Part shown: in pieces, positions 27,337-38,733 of the stretch | Position numbering within the stretch: position 1 is the first letter of the stretch | How the letters are laid out: every line of letters begins with the position of its first letter | From: Chlorokybus atmophyticus | Taxonomy: Eukaryota; Plantae; Mesostigma and Chlorokybus algae | Direction of reading: 5' to 3' | DNA: 64,000 nt | Assembly: GCA_009103225.1 (NCBI GenBank) | Contig: RHPI01001737.1 | Coordinates: forward strand, 310,001 to 374,000 | Notes under the pieces: model-generated | What the model saw: only the letters and a program-made list of their open reading frames with translations | What the model was told of the DNA's origin: nothing | Databases searched by the model: none | Translations under genes and position numbers: made by a program

Positions 27337-28077
27337 CTTCGCCAGCTGGCATTGGTTGCTTTGAGTCAGTGAGTGCATGAGTGAGTGAGCCAGTAAGTGA
27401 GTGAACGAATGAGTGAGTGATTGAGCGAATGTGCAGTTGATTGGTTTTCTTGCCTCATGCACGAGAGGCCCACCGGGCCGCCACTGCACGCGCGCCAGTT
27501 TGGGGTCGAGGGCGGACAGGTTTGCAGAAAACACCTGGTTGCTAACGTGGAGTCGAAACAGGTCAGCTTAGCAACAAGTTGCCTGCGTATAATGTGCTGA
27601 AGCAGTGTGTGCACATGTGCGTGTGCGCTTGTGCACGTATGCGTGTGTCATCCACAAAACCTAATAAGGTGTACTGGTTGGCTTGTGATACAGATGCATG
27701 TGCGTTCCAGCAACAAGGGATGGGTGACAAGAGAAGCGTAAGGGAGCAGAACATGTATGCACCTGTAGTCTGTAGGGTAGAAGATCTCATCCCTGCGCAG
27801 AATGGGGAACAGGTGCGCGAACGGCCTCTCTTCTCCCTTGTCTCCCCTCATCTTGTTTGTAGCCGCCCTCACCCAATGACTGCAGTTACCGACTCACATA
27901 TGTGGCGTAACTCTCGCTTGGATACCGACAAAGGTATCAACCCGTCTCCACCATATCAACCATACCAGCTCTTCGCACAGCAGGATTACAAGAACGACCC
28001 GCCAGCACAACACCCGCTCTAAGCAGCATCCTTGCGGTACTGACAATGCATCACAACATTGTGCAGTTGCTGCTGAA

Positions 28078-28080
<3 letters not shown>

Positions 28081-28111
<31 letters not shown>

Positions 28112-28158
28112 GCTCTCGCTCTCGCTCTCGCTCTCGCTCTCGCTCTCCCTCTCTCTCT
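28081..28158. repeat. Compound (CT)n/(GCTCTC)n microsatellite
   Basis: Directly visible. Confidence 0.95.
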
Positions 28159-28482
28159 GAGCCACGCCACGCCACGTGGCAACGCCGCCGAGCAAGGGTG
28201 CGGAAGATCACGTGACGCTACCTCAAACCGGATGCAGCACTCAAGGTTCATTCAAACCAGTTTCGCCAATCTTCAACCAAACGGCAAACGGTGACAGTAG
28301 TAGTCCTCATTGTCACCGTTCGCCCGAGACTTTGGTGGTTCGTTCGTGAGCATAATAATAGAACAACGCAGCACTGTGCTGGTTGGACGCGTAGCAGTGG
28401 CAGGGCGCGGCGGCGGCGGCGGCGGCGGCCGTGGTGGTGTGTGTGGCAGTAGTGGAGGGAGAGTTCAGACTGGTTAGCAGTA

Positions 28483-31400
28483 ATGGCACCTTCTGGGCGA
28501 GGGTCTGTCAAGTACGGGTCGCCGCTCTTCTGCGCTCGGTGGGCGTATGCCAGCAGCGGTGCTGCCCCTGCCGCCCCTGCGGCCCCGGAGAAGAAGGCGG
28601 ATGAGGCTGCCCCTCAGCAGGAGAAGCAGGTAGAGGAGACGGTGGCCACCCAGGTTCTGTCAGCGTCGTCGTCGTCGTCGAAGCCTTCAGGTGCGTTCGG
28701 CGTGGGTTTTGATGCAGGTTGTGTAGAAGAAAGTGCGCTGGGATGAGCCCTGCTTAGGGTTTTGAGGTGGTCAGGTGCAACGCGTTGGTAGATTTACTAA
28801 GGACGGTTGCTTGCAGTTTGTTTGTTGTGGAGGCAGCTGGAACCTTGTCGCGACAATGGGTATTGTCGGCGATTATTAACCAGTCTTGTCATGACTCTCA
28901 TATGATCTACCCTTTCTTTCAATGCAAGCTGCGACCATCAACGTCATGGTTCACTCCAATATTGTGTTGGACTTCGTCGACAACCGTTTTTATGAACGGC
29001 GCAGTTGCAATGTGTGCATGCCAAACTGAACTTGTCTGTGTCATACACCTTTGCATGCATGCATGCATGCAAAGGTGGTTGTGCGCACAGACTCTCTCGT
29101 CGTCATACCATTCACAACATGCCTCTCCGTCACTTGATGAAAGTTTCAACCTCGCAAACGCCACTTTCGTATTGGTGCTTGCTTGCGCTTTCTTTTCCTT
29201 CTTGCACTTCGTGCACTTCTTGCAATACTTGGCATACCATTGCATCTTGCTGTTGCATCAGCTGCAACGCGTACTTCAGCAAATTGTGCGTTACCCTGAT
29301 ATTGTACATTTACAATGAGTTGTGTGTATGCAAATCTCATCTTGGTTGCATGGCAGGCACAGGGGCTGTGGCGATCATAGGTGGGGGCGGCGGTGGGGGC
29401 AAGCATGGTATACCGAACCGGCTCATGTGCGTTGAGTACCGTGATGGGGCTCTCGCTGAGGAGGTAACTGATGCCAACTCATGCATGCATATGGGCTGAC
29501 ACGCGCTTCGCATGCAAACACGCCACATATTAGACGCTCTGTCTGAGTTACTCAACTTGTTCTGCTTCTGTTGACTTGTTGGTAGCATCACATCCGTTAT
29601 ACTTGCAGTGGACGCCATCAACAAGCAAAACTGCTCTGAATTGTGCGATAAAGCGACAGCCTAAGCATGTTTGCGCTGCCCTGGCGTTTACTAATCAGCA
29701 TGAAATGACATTAGCATGTACAGCACTCGTGCACGGCCTTACGCACGCAATGTCTGAATGGGCAGGCTTCAGCAACAACCAGCACAGCTGACGAGTCCCC
29801 GCAGCTGCTAGCTCTGCACCCAGACGGCACAACCCTTGTTTGTGCAACAAGCTCTCGCTGCAGGTACACACCCAAAGACGCAAGATCCCAGTACAAAAAC
29901 ACAACAACAACATACCTGATGCCACTGTGTTGCAGGGCTTTCGATGTGAGGATTCATTCAGACACCGTCGACAACAAAGACAAGGACCCCTCTAAGTGGC
30001 TGGCGGAGAGGACGTCTGCCGCCAGCACAAGCGCCAGCCTGGCAGCTCTCAGCACCATTGGCACCATACGCAGCCTCGCCTTCGCGCCTAAGGGCGACCG
30101 CCTTGCTGCCGGCACAGAGGTTAGCGCAGCGTTCTTTAATTGACCTTAATGAAGTGAAGTTAGTGTGTGATGCACCCTGCACACTGTCACTGCTGTTGTT
30201 GTTTACAACAAGACGTGTGTCTGTACTGCCTCTGAGACACTTTCCATGACATTGATATTGCTTGCCAGGAGGGCAGGTTGTATGTGGTGAAGTGGCCGTC
30301 GATGGCGTTGGTGCTCGACAAGCAGAAAGCGCACGCGGCTGCCGTCACGGACGTCGACCTCAAGTACGGCTGCCTCACCACTTGAACTCATCAACGAGAA
30401 GCTTGTTGGCTGAGCACTGTGTAATATGTGACACGTGCTTGCGCTGCCTACAGTGCGGATGGGTCTCTGATGGCGAGCACGTCATCAGACAAGCAGTGCG
30501 TGGTATGGAGCCTTCCGGACGGCTCTATGAAGGCGCTGCTTAATGATGAAGTAAGTCCTCCCATGTAAGTCGAGTCTTCATCCCCAGTTCTGTGTGGAGT
30601 TAGCAAGTCGCCATGCATGCATGCAGTGGGAGACTCGATTTAAGCAATTGTACATTATTGTGCAGAAAGGCGAGTATAGAGGGTGCCGCTTCGCCCCCAA
30701 TGGTGCTAGCCTTTTTGTGGTGTTGAACGAGGGTGAGTGCATGTTGGTTATGTCGGTTGCCACTACTACTACTGCATTGGCGATAAGCATCCAGATTCCA
30801 GATCAACATTATACTCTTGTGTCTTACAGGGAAGAGAGCGTCCATCGTGCAGTGGGACACCTTGGCATGGAAACCCTTGCGTCGCGTGGTCGCACACAAG
30901 GACAGAATAACTGCCTTCACATCGAGCCGCAGTGGAAGGTTTCTTGCCAGGTCAGTTGCGACACGATTGTCCCACTTGTGGGCTCGTTGTACTCCACATT
31001 GTGTCCATAGTCGTTGCGCTCATGCCTGCGTGCCTGTCCCACAGTGGCACAGTCGAGGGCGATGTTGCGGTTGTCGATGCAAGGTCCTTGTCCGTTGTCA
31101 TGCGCGTTAAGCGAGCCCACTCGTTCTTTGTGACGTCTGTGGACATCTCTCCCGATGACAGGTAAAAAAGCCACTCTCTTAGGCGTTGTCTTATGCCATG
31201 CATTCTTTCGTACTGTCAAGACATGAACGGTATATGCATCACCTTTCAGGTTGCTATTGTCGGCCTCTGTTGATGCCAGTGCACGGGCGACCGTCATCAA
31301 GCGGCCGACACTATCAAGTATGGACATTACCTGTTACTTCTTTGCGATTTGCGAGCATGTTGCATATGCTTGATACTGCGCCTGAGCTTGTTACTGTGAT

Positions 31401-31521
31401 TGGCTTGTTGATATTTCTGTTGTGTGTTGCAGCCAACATGGTGAAGGTGCTGATTGCGCTGCTGGTCGTCCTGCTCGCGTGGATATTGCAACAACGGTCG
31501 CAATCGACATCACGAGCCTGA
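28483..31521 (+). CDS. SEC12: SEC12-like WD40 guanine-nucleotide exchange factor for Sar1, C-terminal membrane anchor (spliced)
   Basis: KYGSPLFCARW, a K-loop-like GGGGGGGKHGIPNRL, LAFAPKGDRLAAGTE-EGRLYVVKWPSM, GTVEGDV...KRAHSFFVT, and a hydrophobic C-terminal tail. Confidence 0.85.
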
Positions 31522-32142
31522 TGCAAGGCACTTTGGCTTTGTGAACATGACACCGAGATGTGCCCTCCCCCATTATTTAATCGCTATGCTTGTATCAGGC
31601 ACTGTCGTAGGCTTGTTGACATGGGACGGTTTACCATAAGCATTCTGTAGTGGTTTGTCTTTGGAGTGGCTGCCAGTGCCATGAGCAATTGCCCACTTCA
31701 TGTGTAGTTCTTGTTGCTGAGCGGATAAGATTTGTTGCTGGCATGCTGCATGATACACTGCAGCAAGCGCTGTGCAGTCGTGTGACAAAAGCCTTTACAT
31801 CATGTACATGTCTCTGTCTGCTGCACACGTACTACACGCCATACCACAGTCGTTGAGTATACTGACATGCTTTGACCTGCAGTGTCTGGTGTCTGGTCAG
31901 GTAGTGCAAAAAAGCAATCATCAACACGATGTGCCTTGCCATGAACACCAACAGTAATAACAACAACAGCAGGAGCAACAGCAGCAGCAGCAGCAGCCAT
32001 CAAGTGGTAACGTATTAGCTAATTGGCTTCAATTCACGCCGCAAGCTGACATGGACCTGTCCTATGATGACGACGAAAATTGTCATCGTCATTGTAAAAG
32101 CATCGCACACGCGTTGCTCAGAAGCCTCAGCGTGGCATCATC

Positions 32143-34947
32143 ATGGCCATGGCGGTGGCGGCGGCGGCGGCGGGCGTATCGTCATCGCCGTCGTCGTCGT
32201 CAGGCGTGCTGGTCTCGAGCAGCTGGCCTTCCTTGCCGGCCACCGCCAGCGGCACTGTTGCGGCGGAGGCGAGGCGGACGGCGGCAGCAGGAAGCACAGC
32301 CAGCAGACTTCTCATGCCTGGGTTGGGTTTGCTTGTGTGATTTATCTATCTGTTTCTTTCCTGTTTAGAGTGCTGGGAATGCTTTTGCGTACGTTCCACG
32401 AATTGTCAGGCAACAGATAAACAGTTGTGCGCTGCAAACTGTGCAAGCAGCAGATAAACAACTGTGTTTGCATGACAAAACTTCGTGTCCATGACATGTG
32501 CCGCGTACAGTCTTGAACAGGCTTTGCTTGTCGCTACTGATAAGCTATACGTGCTGAGCTTGCATGCATGCGTCTACACCGAACAGATTACAACAATGGG
32601 AATCACAAAAAAATACGCAACTGTTATCGCAAACTGTCAATGCACAAGTTCAATTTGTTCGTCCAATGCAAGGCTTGTTGTTACCTTCACGCCATAAGGT
32701 GGCATGTGGGCTTATTTTTGTTTCTTTGTGCGCGTTGTCAGGTTGCAAATAGCGGGGAGGCGAAAAGGCTCCCCAGCACCATCTATTCCCAGATCAAAGC
32801 AAAGGCAGCGGCGGCGATGCTCGACTATTACAACGCTGGGCGTAAGCAACATTGCCAACATTGCATGAGATGACTTTGAACACAACAACTGCATGAATCA
32901 TAAAGTTAGTGAGTGAGTGAACTGAGTGATTGTGTCGTTGAATGTGCAGTTGTTTGGAGAGGAGCCGCCCGGCAGCGAGCAGGACCATGACGCCGCATTG
33001 TGGCAGCGCGCTAACTTGATCAAAAGGTGTGTTGTAATCAACGCACTTGCATACAGCATGGAATGGGTATGTCAAGCAGATATGCGAGTGGTGTGCCGTG
33101 TTGCCTCAGGTTGTGTCAAGTATGTGTGTGCTCGCTGCAGGCAGTTGCAGGTTGCTATAAGCGATGAGGACTACGCAGCGGCCGCAAGGTAAAACCTCTA
33201 CTCACTCGGGCTTCAGAATAATTGTAATCAAGCCCACTGCGGATCTCTGGTGTAGTGAATCACAACACAAACAACAAGAGAAAACGCACATGCACAATGC
33301 AAGCGAGGGCACGGGCATGCGTGTGCATGGGCACGCGCGTACATGCACACATATATGCACAGGTTGAGGGACGAGTCCGAGACGGTAGAGGGTGCGTTCA
33401 CCCCGCAAGGCAAGTTCATGTTCTCCAAAGTGGACGAGCTGGCGTCGGGGCCAACAATGGACGCACGCAGGGAGGCCTGCACGGTGTGTGCAACAACTGT
33501 TGCTTACTTACACATGCAGCTGATGAGCACATGCCCACGTATCCACTTGTGATCTTTCAAGTAAAGTCTCTGTTCTGTGCAGACTCTTGAGAGCATAGGG
33601 GACGAGCGCGCGCTGCCCGCGCTGGCGGCGCTGTTGAGGTCGGCGGACGCCAACACAAACATTCTCTGCGAGAAGGTAGGCAGAGAGGGGCTTGGTATTG
33701 GTTGTGAGACCCGATCGTTGGTGATGAGTTTGCTTGGATGGTCAGTACTCAAGTGTGGCATCACCTGCCTGACTGCATGCGACCACATATGACACACAAC
33801 ATTTGTGCATACGCACTGCAGCCAGCGTGTTCCTACAGGTTTGTGTGCGTGTGCCTGCAATTGCATTGCAACTATGGCACATGCACGTGTGTCTGTGGGT
33901 GTGCGCCTGCGCGTGCCGAAACGTGCAAGCGCGTGCATGGCGCTTCTGCCAAAGGTTTTTGTAGATACAGAGCGTGTGTGAGATGACTAATTGGCAACAA
34001 GTACAACCGTGTGCATATGTTCAACATGCGATCTATACCAGGCCATGTGGGCGATATTCGGGCGATCGGGTCGGCCCGAGGTGGACGAGGCGCTGCAGCG
34101 CGGCATCGCATTGATGGAGATCGCGTCGCAGAATCGCGCCACGCTCGTGCGCGCGCAGGACGCCTTTGGACAGGTGCGCCCACGCTATGCACAGTACATG
34201 GTGGTCTTGGGTTTCTGTATGAGTCTGTGGAACAACCTGCGAGTCCTGAGTGCGCAGGTGTGCATGCGCGCGTCTTTGCGTGTTTGCGCACAAGCACAAG
34301 TGTGCGCGTATGTGTATGTGTGCGCGTATTACGTGTTTGAATTCAGGTGCACATGCATGCTCATGCGCATGCGCATGAACTGGCCTATGTGCATTTGCTA
34401 ATGCGAACAGGCGTGAGTATGCATGCATGTGCAGAGATGTGTACTAACATTTGCGCATAAGCGCGCGTGTTAGCAAACCTGAAACTGTGTTGTGTTGTCT
34501 TGCGTATTCTGGCCAGGTGATACAGATGGCGCCGAGCTTTGCCGAGGCGTACAACAAGCGTGCTACAGTGCGATACCTCCTGCAGGTATCAACAAACTCA
34601 TCACACTACCATCACACTGTGCAATTCTATACAGACCTGCTCCAACACACGCACGCGCACCCAACATGTCACCACTTGTCGGAGTGCAGGAGTACGAGGG
34701 TTCCATTGAGGACTGCGAGTCAACATTAGCGCTGAACCCTGTGCATTTCGGCGCGTGGTCGGGGATGGGTCTGTGCAACGTGCACTTGCGAAGGTACGCG
34801 CGCGCGCAGGAGTGCTTTCGCCGCGCCCTCGAGATCAATCCCAACATGGACCAGATACGCAAGTACCTGCGCTCGCTTGAGGTTGCCATTGCCCAACAAC
34901 AACAACAACAAGGGGATCAGCAGCAGGACCAGCCGCCAGAGAGGTGA
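32143..34947 (+). CDS. Probable plastid protein with UVR-like, HEAT-like and TPR segments (spliced)
   Basis: Ala/Ser-rich transit-like N-terminus, LQVAISDEDYAAAA (UVR-like), LESIGDERALPALAALL (HEAT-like), then AMWAIFGRSG, PSFAEAYNKRATVRYL and LNPVHFGAWSGMGL (TPR). Confidence 0.75.
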
Positions 34948-35248
34948 TCTGAGGGAAGTGGGACAGGGAGAGGTGAAGGGGTAGGGGTGGGTGGTGTGCA
35001 TTGGGTTGGGTTGTGATTGGAGCGTGAACTCCATTGCTGCATTGCGATTGCATAAGTGCGCTGCGTATCATGTAATTGCGCTGCTAGTGTCAATAACTTG
35101 TGCACTACGTTGCTGCCATAGTTGCAGGGGGGCATAAATGTTGTGCATGACAGAGTTAGTGTAGGGCATGACATTGCAAGTGTACAAATAGAGGGCGTAC
35201 CTGAACCAAGTGCCAAAGGCTATCGCCACGTTGCCTATCGCACATTGA

Positions 35249-35675
35249 GCTACATGCATGCACTCTTGTGTGTGCGCGCGCACACACAAGAGTGCATGCA
35301 TGTAGCGGTATACAAGCCCACCCCTTTTGTACACATGTCTAGTTAGGGGGGCGGTCGCCCCTTAGTGCTCCATAATCATTGCAGCCACCGCTGCCGCCAA
35401 TGACCTTGTCATTGTGTACAAAAGATGGAGCGCTGTATAAGACCGCATGCAAGGGGTCATAAGCATGAGACATGCATGTAGTCATGTACACGCCGCAAGC
35501 AAACAGTCAGCAGCAATCTTACATATATGCACTCTTGTGTGTGCGTGGGCAAGAGTGCATATATGTAGTGGCATACACGCACACCCCTTTTGTACACATG
35601 TCCCGTTAGGGGGGGGGTCGCCCCCTAGTGCTCCATAATCACTGCAGCCGCCACTGCCGCCAATGACCTTATCAT
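35249..35675. repeat. Two diverged ~150-bp direct repeats (offset ~263 bp), each starting with a long palindrome
   Basis: Copy 1 has a perfect 58-bp palindrome at 35249-35306. Copy 2 has an 18-bp stem at 35520-35537/35550-35567. The shared downstream sequence is CCCCTTTTGTACACATGTC...TAGTGCTCCATAATCA. Confidence 0.85.
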
Positions 35676-36107
35676 GTTACAGTAACTTGCAATGTACATG
35701 CAATTATCTTTGACGGGCAAACACTGGTGGCATAGTTGTAACAATGTCATTTGCTTCTTGGCAAAGCTTGAAAAGTGTATGTTCAACTAAACTTTAAGTG
35801 TTAACCCAGTACGCGGCGGCTGAGCTAGGGTCTCCAGCTTAACCCACTCCGTTATGGCGATAACCATGTGGCGAGGGCTAGGGCTCCACACCCCGTTCAA
35901 TACAATATCACATGACTATGCTAGTGGCCAAGTCGCGTGCAGAGTGGACCACTAGTGGCAACCATGCGAAATAAATCAAACATACTTAATGGAGGCGGTA
36001 AAACATTTCCGCATGCAAATAACATTGCATCAATGAAGTTTTCCCTTAGAAACTATCGAGGAAGCTTTACGTTTGATGTACTCAGAGGCCAAGTATCCGA
36101 GGCTACT

Positions 36108-37121
36108 TTACGGTTTGATTGATTCTTGTTCAGCACATACTGCAATTACACATTGGAACGACAATTGTCACACTGAAAGTCTACGCATCACAACACAAGC
36201 AAACTGACCGTCTGTCACACCCAGATCGGGGCTGCACGCTGCAATGCACGTCTTCTTTGCATACTTCTTGCGAAAATTTCCTTGAAGGCAGCAGATGGCG
36301 CACTGCTACAATGAATAAAACTCCACTAGCTAGTAAAAGATGTCCTCAGACGCAGCATCAGGAAGCGCCAACAGTGTGCTAACGGGCGCGCATGCTAGCT
36401 GTTTACCATTTCTATTGAATGGCCAGAGAGGCGCAAACTCGACGCACGAGCGATTAACGCAAAGCATCGGCTATTTTGGGCGATTTGCTCCACTCGGTGT
36501 GTCAACACCTCCATCAGGTTAAGCAAATCGCTTGCCCTTTCAGGAAAATCAACTTGCGTTTTGATGCTCGCTTGATCAACAATTTGAACTCCTTGGTCTG
36601 CTTGCAGGCAGTTTAGTTGCAAGGTTCGTGCCACTTGCCCGGTAATTAATACACCTTGGCCTGCAGCGCAGTCCAAGTCTTCTGCAACTCATGCAGGGTG
36701 GTTGGGAGAACATCCGGTGCTTCATGTAGTCCAAGCTTAATATAGTGACCACGAATGTGAGGCAATTTGTGACTACACGGAGATGTCGTTCCTTTGATGC
36801 AGTGACGGACACATGTTGCCCTCCTTATAGTAATGCTCCCTACTGGCACCGATTGTCCTTACATGGAGTTTAATAGCCATTACAAAGGTGGGAATTGCTA
36901 CATGTAGTTCAACTTGTAATCCAAGTTGGTTAATTAAATAATTTATTGCTATTGAGAGGGTGTTGTAAGAACAAGTGTGATTACAGCGAGGGTGGACTGT
37001 AGATGGCTAGATTCTGAACAACAACAAACAATGTCCGTCAGGCGGTGACAAGACCGTCCTGCTTTCTCTTCAACTGTTTAAATAGTGATGCATGACGCTG
37101 TGGACCAGCAGCAATTGCCAT
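36108..37121 (-). CDS. Possible short spliced gene or pseudogene of unknown function with a Cys-rich end
   Basis: Several open segments bounded by plausible AG/GT, ending CAICCLQGNFRKKYAKKTCIAACSPDL-VC. No recognised family. Confidence 0.25.
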
Positions 37122-37594
37122 CCTGCACATCAGCCCTAGCGCATCCACTTATGGACTACCACGACCCACTTACAACGACGACGACGACGACGACGATAAC
37201 GTGCTGCATGCGCGAGGCCTGACCCGCTGCCTCTCCATGCGATGGCCGGTCAGTCGACAACGGTAACGGTACTGCTAAGCCAACATGTCCAATGTCGGCC
37301 ATATGTGTCGCCCAAACGGCAAATGTAACATCCATCGCCGCTGCAAGAGCGGTCTAACGGTTTTAGTGATTATGTAGCAACCACATGTGAGAGAGCTGTC
37401 AGCATCATTGCTTCCACAACATCAAATTTCAATGAAGTATCACCTTCACCACTTGCGACCCCAATTTGTCCGCATGCTCCTGAAGTGTGGGGCGAGTATA
37501 TTACTAGTCTTTTAAGGCCTTTGCAATTGGCAAAAGACCGAAAAAAGGCACAGAGTCGGCGGTCGCCCCTCAGCGCCGGCCCCCGCACATAGCG

Positions 37595-37934
37595 TGTAAC
37601 GGAGTGCTACCTCTATAGAGGTTCCCCGCCCTTATTTAGGATTAAATAAGGGTCCCAACGGGTATATACAGCCAATTAAGCCGTATTAGGGCCGTTAACC
37701 TAGTGTTAAGGCCCTAATGTAGTGTTACTTAACTGTAACACTGATATCGACATGAGACATGAGTCTCATGTCGATATCAGCTGTATGGCGGCACTGCTAA
37801 CGCAGCAGCCGCCATAGCCAGGGGATCTTCTGCTCCGGCAGTTGCCCCTGGCGGCGGCGGTGTGGTCGGCGTGGCTGGTGGTGGTGTTGGGGTAGGGGAT
37901 TAAAGGGAGGAGGGAGCACCCCCCTCTCCTTACA
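37595..37934 (+). repeat. 5' LTR (340 bp)
   Basis: TGTAA...TTACA termini; near-identical to 44100-44438. Confidence 0.97.
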
Positions 37935-37935
37935 T

Positions 37936-37947
37936 TGGTATCGGAGC
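37936..37947 (+). promoter_or_regulatory. Primer-binding site for initiator tRNA-Met
   Basis: TGGTATCGGAGC lies 1 nt after the LTR. The canonical plant iMet PBS is TGGTATCAGAGC; the difference allows a G:U pair. Confidence 0.85.
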
Positions 37948-38733
37948 ACGGGCGGCAAGGGGCCTGTGGGAGGGGCGGCGGCAAGCGGCAGGGGTGGCGG
38001 CAGGCGACGTTAAACTAGTGGTAGTTAAAGTGTTTTATGTTTTAACTATAATAGTTAAACGCTGCTGCTGGTGCCTAGCCTAGCCTAGCCTAGCCTAGCT
38101 TGCCATGCCATGCATGCCATGCCTAGCCTAGCATGCCTGTCCTTGTCTAGTTTCTTATTGTGTGAAGGGATCCGGCCATTCAGGCCTGTCCCTGAAGCAT
38201 TACATTGCAGCACAACACATAGTAAAAATACATTGATTGTATTATATTGTGTGTGTACCACCACGTGGATTCGTGGTGGTGTAAGGGTTTTTCTATTAAT
38301 TTGGAAACTCCCTTGGGGGAGGCAGTTCGGTGGCAACATCGACTGTCTCAGTGCCGCCATTTTGTGCGGTGAGGCCGCCAGAATTTTCTGAGCGGCCGAT
38401 ATCAAACTCACCATTCACAACTGGTCGATATCGGCCTGTAAGGTCGATTTGACGAGATTTTGGCGCCTTAAGTGTCAACCACAGTTGTGAATTGTGCTGG
38501 GTTGTACAAAGTGAAAACTTTGAGAGATCATAACTCGTGAACCGTCGCGTGGATTCGCGCACGGTTTGTTGCAGAGTGAGTGTCTAGTTGAGAGGTGTGT
38601 GGAGAGCTCTTTTGGGGCTGTATGCTCCACCGTAACGCCTCAAAACTTGACGAGACAAGATTATTAGATTTTGCCTGTATTGCAGTGCACAATCTGAGTA
38701 CTTGTGCACTTGCTAACGGCTGTCTTTGGGCAG

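Noticed and set aside
35340-35640. Helitron 3' end call for the GC hairpin plus CTAG
   Set aside because: The hairpin abuts CTAG without the usual spacer, only one copy has CTAG, and no 5' TC end is identifiable. Kept only as a possibility in the palindrome finding.
38075-38135. (CCTAG)n/(CCATG)n pentamer run in the chromovirus leader
   Set aside because: Simple slippage repeat; no evidence of function.
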